From assembly GCF_001194135.2 (NCBI RefSeq), contig NC_068986.1:77275003-77339002 (forward strand): DNA of 64,000 nucleotides, in the 5' to 3' direction. Every line of letters starts with the position of its first letter. Position 1 is the first letter of the stretch. Below the pieces are notes generated by a model. It had not been told where the DNA came from. It made no database searches and saw only the letters and a list, made by a program, of their open reading frames with translations. The position numbers and the translations under genes were made by a program. This DNA comes from Octopus bimaculoides. Taxonomy: Eukaryota. This document shows positions 36,721-64,000 of the stretch, in pieces.

Positions 36721-37041
36721 GAGTCACTTACATGTTTCTTATAGCCTTTCAATAACATTTTTAAACCTCTTTAAACCTAATAATGTAATTCACTATATTA
36801 AATAAAATTGATTTAATAAATGAAATAAAGATAACATTCTATTAATATTGAAAATGCTAGAAAGTGAATGTGCTAACCATTTTCTAGAAGACAACCTGAG
36901 GATAAATTGCCAAAATTTAATGTATCAATCTGTTTATTTTCCAATTCTCTTTCCTTTTATTATAAAATTTTTCCACATCTTTTTAATATATACCACTTTG
37001 TCATGGTTCTGTTCTATATTTATATAGAATGGTGTGTGTAT

Positions 37042-37501
37042 GAAGGCACATGGCTCAGTTGTTAGTGTCAGGTTCACAATCATGAGGTAGTGCATTCAAT
37101 TTCCAGACTGGGCTGGGTATCGGCCTTGGGCAAGACACTTCATATTGTGTTGCTCCAATTCACTCAGCTGTAGAAATGAGTTGTGATATCACTGGTGTCA
37201 AGCTGTATTGGCCTTTGTCCTTCCCTTGGACAACATCGGTGGTATGGAGAGGGGAGGCTGGTATGTGTGGGCAATTTTGAGCATGGCCATTGCCAGTATC
37301 GCCTGACTGGCCTTTGTGCGGGTGACACGTAAAAGCACCTATTACACTCTTGGAGTGGTTGGCGTTAGGAAGGGCATCCAGCTGTAGAAACTCTGCCAAA
37401 TCAGATTGGAGCCTGGTGTAGCCTTCGGGCTCCACCAGTCCTCAGTTAAATCGTCCAACCCATGCTAGCATGGAAAGCGGACGTTAAACGATGATGATGA
37501 T
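37042..37501 (+). mobile_element. tRNA-derived SINE head/body joined to an RTE-type 3' end with (GAT)n tail
   Basis: First ~230 bp match the SINE at 46670; the remainder matches the RTE 3' UTR at 52392-52620 (reverse). Confidence 0.75.
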
Positions 37502-40500
37502 TATATATATATATGTATATTTATATATGATTCTATTTTACCAATGCTTAGAAAACTCTCCTAGAGGAGAAACTGGTATAAAAGTAAAACATTTAATGTT
37601 TTTAATTAAATTATGTACTTCACTGAGTCCTTTTGATAGTTTGTGGTCTACATTGATCTTTTTAACGAGCATTAACAAAAAATTTATATATTTATTGCCA
37701 GATTCATAAGTGAGGCAATTCAGATAGAAAATAAACTGCTAAAATACCAATATATGAAGAAAATTAGAACAAAAAAAATTCTTATTTTTACTGATTAGTA
37801 AGTTTTTAGCTTTCTTTCATTTGAACCAATTTTTTCCATAGCTGCAAACAAGTTTATGATTATATTGAAACAACAGTTAAAACACTCCTATATGAAAAAT
37901 CCTTGCCTGCTCAATTCCTTTATTTTTAAGGCACTAATTGAACTGTTTAATATTACAGCTGAAGCAAAAATTGGATGTTCATTAATTTTTAAAAATAAAT
38001 ATTCTGTTCAACTAGAACATTTATATGCATATCAACTCTATTTCAATAGACAAGTATTTCGATGAGTGAGAAAGTGAATGTGAGTCGGTGTGTCTTAAAT
38101 GTGTTGTGTTGAATCAGCATACAAAGGTCTATATACAAGCACAGATGGACCATATGCTTATGTATTTGAGAAAAAAAAAAGACTTCACAAGGTTGAGCTC
38201 ACATGCCTTTATCAAAGTGTTTGATTGAAATTGAAAGAAGTGAATGGCTCAAGCATGGTGTTAAGTTTTTCATGCTAAGTGACAATAGAATTATAGGTCC
38301 AGAGACATGGTAGTGGTATGTGAAAACTCAAAAGCTAAATGATAACAATATGTGTACTTATGAAAGAAAAGCTTAAATCTATTGTTGCATTCAATTTTGT
38401 ATAATTTATGAGACTCTAGATGAATGCATATGGTTTTATTTGCAAAATTCTTTGCTCAACAGTCTCAAACAAAAAGTATCTAGCTTTCACTCAGTGTTGC
38501 CATTTTAGAGAACTGATGTGGGCTGAAGCCAATAGTGGTGAATTGCAAAGTGAGACCATTATTGCTTGTATTCTATTAATTGATGTATTGATAGGAGTCT
38601 AACTATCAGTAGAAGGGTAGGTACAGATGGCTACTGCAAACCATAGGAATAGTGAAGTTGAATCATCTCATGATTGTTTGATAAGTGACGGATTTGTCAT
38701 CATACAGTTCTATCATTTTTAAGTTCTGAAACAATGCCTTTGAATAGGGTTAGTGACTGGAATTAATCCTGCTTGATATTATTCATCAATTATATCGGTT
38801 GTCTACAATATTGATAGTCTTTATCATTTTCTTTTTTCATCTGATGGGATTAGGCAAAAAAAAATGTGACAGAGTTTACCTTGGTGATCTTATCCATCAT
38901 GTATCTTAAACATCTTTTCAAGAACACAGTTAAGCCCTACTGAAATAAAGGGCTTGATTAAATTGACTGAATTGTCTCCCAAAATATGTGATTTAGTGCC
39001 TATATGGAAAGCAATTATATTGCTTGTTTAAATTTTCACATATTTAAAACCAGATATGTCTATCCATTACTTTAGTAAACAAGTGGAATTGTCAAGTAGA
39101 TAAGATAGTGAACATTGTAGGTGGTTTCTTTAGAATTTAGTATCTTGTCAGTAAATACTTCTTTACCAAGAGAATTGAAGCTAAGTTGTGCGATAGGCTA
39201 GAGTATTTATCTAAGTGCTTACTGGAGTAACAGCCAGAGTTTTAAGCACTGGACCTAAATGCTTTTTTAAATTCAAGTATATATTTTTAGGAAGGAAATC
39301 ATAACAAAATTTGTACATTTCAGTTTATTTCCAATTTGATACTTGGCAAAACGACTTTTCTCCCAGCAGTCAATGGAATGTAATGTAAACATATACTCAG
39401 ACACACACAGTAAGGAAAAAAAAAACAAAAAAACTATAACTTTCTACCTCAAATACTGATATATTTCTAATTTATCATTTGCTCAATGCCATTTAACCCA
39501 ATTACTCCTACATTTGTAACTTCTTCAAAATGAAAACGATTCAGAATTTTTTGTTGATAATTTGTATGTTGGATTATTGATATTTATTAGGAGTTACATT
39601 TTTTTTTTTTTACATTAATATCAGACAAGAAAAACTGAATTAAAAAATTTTTTTTTTTTTTTGTATTCTTATCAAAACTCTGCAAATATTCAAACCACAA
39701 GTTTTATTTACAATCTTTTGTATTTCATATGTAAAATCATTCTAAATTGCTAATGAGATATCAATTAAAAAAAATATTTTGTAAAAAAAATATCTAATTT
39801 CTGTTTTATTTTTATGACAACATTAATTTTGTAAAAAAATACTGAATATTTGTATATATATATATATTTTAATTAACTATTATTAAAATCTATACTTGGC
39901 CTTTTTCTGTTCATCAGTTTTGAATTTGGCTCTTTGACTAAAAAATAATTTCAACATTACTCATTGAGCAAATGTCTAATATATAGTAATATGAATGGAT
40001 AAATATCTCACTTGCATAGAAAGACTGCTGCAGCATTTTTTTTTTGTTTTTTATCTATCTGCTCAAATTACTGCCTGCATATATGGTAGAATCTATGATG
40101 ACAACGTAGCTCATCTATAAAGTATCTTAGGCCACACAGGAGTAATGACATGACAGACATGGTAATACCAAATAAAATACCTTTGTCATGTTTTGATTTC
40201 ACATCCTTCCACCACTATAAATGTTTACCTTTTTAACCACTTGGGAGATGGAAAAAAGTTAATAAAATAAGCACTTGTATTACATTGAGATCAATTCAAT
40301 CAGTTGTACTCTGCTTGGTTAGTAATCAATACTGATACCTAACCATGACATATTGCTGCAAATTTGAGGGACAGGCATATCCCACTCCCTATTTCATAGG
40401 TACTTTATTTCATTGACCTCACACTTTCTGGAAAGGTAAAATTGGCCTTGATAAGATTTGAACCCAAGTCATTATCTTTGATGTCCTCATTTGAGTATTG

Positions 40501-42177
40501 ATTACTTACAATTGGCAGTCACTTTGTTTTAATGATGTGTATGTTTGGGGATACTCAATACTAAATAGAAAATTCTGTGATTTCTTTGTGTTGAATGCAA
40601 ATGTATGAACCTAATTTCGAAAATCCCTAATGTGTGTCCATGAGGATACAACCGATTCTTCATGCCCCTAAGTTAAAAATTAGTTCAACTATAATAATAT
40701 ATACATCCAAACTTAACTGTTTTCCATGTGATGTTCAACCCTATTTCAAGACAAGTGATCAAACTAGAAATTGAAACTGGGTCACAGACTTTGTTCCCTG
40801 AGATTTTACTGTAGCACTAAAATAACCACTTATTTCTTTAATGTATAGAAACGATATTCTAATCATTAAGATAGCATATTTATAAGATACAATTGAATAG
40901 TCCAGTGTATTCTCTTCACATCTACTAATGAACAATCTCTTCCATATTCTTAGATCCAGAGCAACACAGTAAGCTTGATAAAAATTACAAAATTAAATAA
41001 AAAGGTTCTCTATATTTTTCCAATGAAACAGAGTAGGAATTTATGTCTTTACTTTTCCTTTGAGGTAAAATATCCACCATATTTAACTTTGAACATCAAC
41101 CAGTACTATTATTGGGGATGAATCAAATCTGCAAAGGAACATCTGATTACCAGCACACTTACACCCACTAACTAACTGACTGATGTGTGGTTTCTTCTCT
41201 TTTTGCCTGTTCTGTCACTGTTATGAAGGCTTTTCCTCTAAACTAGCTATCTAAATACTCCTTACAACACACTCTGTACTAAATACTTTCTACCCAAAAC
41301 TGTAACACTGAAATTCTCCAATCTGCTCACATTTTTTTATGCCTAATATGTTCAAACTGAAAATCGACTGCATTAATTATATTAGCTTTAGAGGGCCCAC
41401 AACAGTCATCATCACTGATGTCCTCTTCTGATTTACTTGGGAGGTGGGGGGAAGAAACTCTTTTACAAGATATAGTCACTTGACTTAGAACAATTAGCAG
41501 TCAAATCTTAAATTATATCATACCATCTTAAATAAAGAGAACACACTGGACAGTCTAGCTCTTGGAGAAGAAAAACAAAAAGGCTATGGCTTGGACATAT
41601 TTGATCATAGGTCCTGGGGTTATACAGATAATGTAGGTATGAAGTGGATGATTAAATGTCAGAGATGAGTTAATAAGATTATATTTCTGTAACTAACAAC
41701 CTAAGTAATATCCTTATTGTAAATATTAAAAGTATAACATTTATCCACGTACTTTCTTCAGTCATTTGACTGTGGCCATGCTGAAGCACATTGAGAAATA
41801 AGATACTTGATGATCAAATCAACTGTAACGTAATGTAGATGCAAATAATGAATCTGAAGAGATTAGTGGTTTGGAAAAATATCATCTTATAAAATGGAAG
41901 TAATGCATACCTCTCAATAAACTGAATACACAGTCCAGTTGTTTGAAAATAATTTTTCTCTCAAGTGTTTTAGTGAAAATTCAAAATAAAAAGGTAACAA
42001 AACAGATTCAACAAATTTTAAAAATTACATATAAAAATAGTCATATGCAATTTAAAAAAAAAATGAGAAAGAAATCACCATTGTATATAAAAGTTCCTGG
42101 ATGGTATCAAATATACAGCCAAAGCCAATAAATTACAGTAGAAATGACTAAGGAGCCATAACAGAACTAGATTAATG

Positions 42178-62691
<20,514 letters not shown>

Positions 62692-63148
62692 CTGCATAAC
62701 AAAACAATAAAGAACAAAATAAAATAATAAAAATACTAAAGCAATAAGAAAAAAAAAAGAACAAAATAAAAATTAATTAAAATATCATTTTTACTCCTGG
62801 TTTGATAAAAGTTAATAAAATTGTTAAGAATTAATAAAATTAAGTAAAATATTACTCTTAAAACATTTTTATAATTCAAATTTTTCTTATATTGGTTTCC
62901 ACAAGAAACACACTTGGTTTATTTACTTATTTTGTTTTTATGGTTGGTGACTGAAGTTGGTATGGAGTGAAGATATTTCTTAGGTTAATGAAGAGGTTCT
63001 GCTGAAAGTATCATGGCAAACATAACTTAGCATGCCCCGCTAAATAAGGGCATCTACTCGTAAAGTCTCCAGGTAAAACTTCAGAAACACAACCAAATAT
63101 GCAAAAGAGCCAGCACAGGCAAATATGGTAGCCATTCAGTATACAGTG

Positions 63149-63419
63149 TGTGGTATGACGTCAGTGTCTGGGGAGGCTGACCGGAAGGGGGAAAAGAGCA
63201 GAGAGAGCCTCGATCAGGATTTGTGCCCTTTTCGAATGGGGTTGTGGTCAGGACAAGACGTGTTAAGCGACGGTCTAGGTTTGGGAGAAGCAGCTGCTAT
63301 TCCTGGTGTACTTTGGGTCGGGGTAAGCTTCAAGGATTGGATACCGCAAGACAGACTCGCAGTCGACGAAAGGAAAACCGAGGTAAGGCGATTACATCTA
63401 CTCGTACGCACACACCACA
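63149..63419 (+). mobile_element. 5' LTR (271 bp) of a Gypsy-type LTR retrotransposon
   Basis: Starts TGTGGTATG and ends CACACCACA (TG...CA, 8/9 inverted terminal match); GC/CpG-rich; lies directly upstream of gag. Confidence 0.8.
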
Positions 63420-63435
63420 AGCTATTTCGGCACCA
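63420..63435 (+). promoter_or_regulatory. Putative non-canonical primer-binding site AGCTATTTCGGC(ACCA), complementary to tRNA-Phe(GAA) nt 1-12
   Basis: Reverse complement GCCGAAATAGCT is the conserved 5' end of metazoan tRNA-Phe (recalled); abuts the LTR-terminal CA with no spacer. Confidence 0.65.
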
Positions 63436-63454
63436 CGTGCAGAAATTCGCCGTG

Positions 63455-64000
63455 ATGGCAGCCACCAAGATTAGGATCGCCAGCGATGTGATCAGGCCTT
63501 TTAATGGCGAAGATGTGATGGCTTGGNNNNNNNNNNNNNNNNNNNNNNNNNNNNNNNNNGGATACGAAAAATTAGGCTCGTTGGCAAGCTGCAAGGAATA
63601 AGTGATGTGGCGAGTCTCATGGCTCTATACTTGGAAGGGAGCGCCCTGACCCTCTACCTAGAAATGGACAAGGAAGAAAGATTAAGTGCAGAGAACGTCA
63701 AACGGAGGTTGAGAGAAGCGTATATGGAGAGCGAGTACACTGCCTTCGTAAAACTAGGAACGAATAGATGGGGGGGAGAACAGGTGGATGAGTACGCGGC
63801 GGAAGTGCGAAGACTGGCCACGCTGGCTGGGTTTACAGGAGAAGGCCTGGACAGAGCGGCGCGGCTGGCGTTTGTAAATGGATTCCCCGACAACGTAGGG
63901 ATCCGATTGCAGCAGTTGCCTGGCGGGAGAAAGATGGCGCTCAGCGAGCTAGTAGCGCAAGCTCGCGTGTTGACACAGCATGTCGGACGGAAGTGGATAG
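63455..64000 (+). CDS. Gypsy-type gag, runs off the window end (interrupted only by the 33-N gap)
   Basis: MAATKIRIASDVIRPFNGEDVMAW|IRKIRLVGKLQGISDVASLMALYLEGSAL...RWGGEQVDEYAAEVRRLATLAG...FVNGFPD...LQQLP; no stop after the gap. Confidence 0.85.

Noticed and set aside
63420-63435. tRNA-Phe gene
   Set aside because: Only 16 nt; no D, anticodon or T arms nearby.
63125-63601. 158-aa ORF as a host gene
   Set aside because: It runs through the LTR into the gag start; only the part from 63455 is meaningful.

Overview
AT-rich eukaryotic (animal) genomic DNA with six N-gaps. The SINE/RTE repeat families look like those I recall from Octopus (coleoid cephalopod) genomes; that assignment is inference. 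Two convergent spliced host genes enter the window. The first is the 3' seven exons of a PALB2-like gene on + (1890-14296; 715 codons, WD40 C-terminus, all junctions GT-AG and in phase). The second is the 3' nine exons of an ABCC1/MRP1-like transporter on - (62691-42178; TMD2 and NBD2, all junctions GT-AG and in phase). Introns and the intergenic interval hold many transposon relics: mariner, hAT/Buster, Tc1, RTE, an APE-RT LINE, Tx1/L1-like pieces, Gypsy, piggyBac-type MITEs and several SINEs. The most notable items are: (1) a young Gypsy-type LTR element (LTR 63149-63419) with no canonical TGG primer-binding site; the LTR is followed directly by a perfect 12-nt complement of the 5' END of tRNA-Phe, suggesting priming by a short 5' tRNA fragment; (2) a 5'-truncated R2 retrotransposon still joined to 90 bp of its 28S rRNA target flank, outside any rDNA array, with an older R2-like fragment 5.5 kb away; (3) a scrambled, same-strand array of Tx1/L1-like pieces around that R2; (4) one unusually divergent ABCC TMD2 exon. 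All alignments were done by eye and reference sequences are from memory; TE boundaries are approximate unless a TSD or TIR is given.
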